IMG/VR virus record: IMGVR_UViG_3300045988_032849
Location: 6,539 to 38,538 of that record
Origin: a virus
Reading direction: 5' to 3' (one strand)
DNA: 32,000 bases
Notes under the pieces: model-generated
Database searches by the model: none
The model's input: only the letters and a program-made list of their open reading frames with translations
Told to the model about the DNA's origin: nothing
Program-made: the position numbers and the translations under genes
Shown: piece by piece, positions 31,750 through 32,000 of the stretch
How positions within the stretch are numbered: position 1 is the stretch's first letter
Layout: each line of letters begins with the position of its first letter

Positions 31750-31772
31750 AAGGGGCAAATAAGGGGCAATAA
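31750..31772 (+). repeat. Tandem AAGGGGCAA(A)TAAG motif; a third AAGGGGCAAA lies at 31988-31997
   Basis: Direct reading. Copies lie immediately after terminators T7 and T8. Confidence 0.6.
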
Positions 31773-31890
31773 GTGTAAACTTTAGTAACTTTATGTGCAT
31801 TTTACCGTCTACATCTTACATGCATATGTCCTTATTTAATAGGTTTTCTTCCTATTATATACGCATTTCAAATGGCGCTAACAGAATACC

Positions 31891-31982
31891 GTGGTTTGAA
31901 ATCATTCTACAACTTGAAAAAATAAAACGTTGATTTAACAACGTTTCTGAGGACTCTAGGTTTAGCCTAGGGTTCTTTTTTT
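31891..31982 (+). ncRNA. tracrRNA-like element: type II-A anti-repeat-like 5-prime segment, two hairpins and a terminator (nexus region absent)
   Basis: The reverse complement of 31891-31913, GTTGTAGAATGATTTCAAACCAC, resembles the 3-prime half of streptococcal II-A repeats. CAACTTGAAAAA (31910-31921) also occurs in tracrRNA. Hairpins at 31925-31946 and 31951-31975 are followed by TTTTTTT. Confidence 0.3.
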
Positions 31983-32000
31983 CTACTCAAGGGGCAAAGA

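Larger units (their letters stand above)
1..31750 (+). mobile_element. Temperate-type siphovirus / prophage segment (replication, late regulator, packaging, head, tail, lysis)
   Basis: Uninterrupted co-directional gene train in canonical phage module order, with frequent start/stop overlaps. The left end is cut by the window and the right boundary cannot be fixed from this window. Confidence 0.9.

Noticed and set aside
31059-31750. CRISPR array or type III toxin-antitoxin repeat array as an explanation of the repeated units
   Set aside because: The shared sequence is only the T-run plus TGTTATAAT. Unit lengths differ (about 45 to 140 nt) and there are no identical 28-37-nt repeats with unique spacers. 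No toxin or cas gene follows within the window.
31872-31925. 17-aa ORF MALTEYRGLKSFYNLKK overlapping the tracr-like segment
   Set aside because: It has no Shine-Dalgarno sequence, is very short, and its stop lies in an A-run before a hairpin. It cannot be excluded as a signalling peptide, but there is no positive evidence.

Overview
The window is almost entirely one co-directional (+ strand) gene train of a temperate-type siphovirus or prophage. Protein families and the moderately AT-rich composition suggest a Lactobacillales, most likely Streptococcus, host. Module order: (1) Replication and recombination: DnaD-domain replisome organizer (truncated at the 5-prime window edge), DnaC-like loader, RecT/Bet annealase, SSB, RusA, then small early genes including an HTH-MazG fusion and YopX. 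(2) A 736-bp ORF-free, structure-rich island. (3) An ArpU-family late regulator. (4) Packaging: TerS, PBSX-type TerL, SPP1-type portal, MuF-like protein. (5) Head: scaffold, capsid, connectors. (6) Tail: major tail protein, G/GT chaperone pair, 1003-aa tape measure, Dit, 1679-aa Tal/host-specificity protein. (7) Lysis: two holins, an inserted three-gene fibre/depolymerase-like cassette, then a CHAP-SH3b endolysin. No integrase, rRNA, canonical tRNA or CRISPR array is visible. The two most unusual regions are both protein-free. The first is the 7739-8474 island, which holds two tRNA 3-prime-half-like minihelices, an 89-bp tandem repeat and antisense promoter/terminator signals; it is a candidate large or multiple ncRNA locus. 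The second is the roughly 0.9 kb after the endolysin. It is a head-to-tail array of intrinsic terminators, each followed by a near-identical extended -10 promoter, predicting several short independently transcribed RNAs. It ends in an element resembling a truncated type II-A tracrRNA anti-repeat. All functional calls come from motif recognition by eye; no database search was possible.
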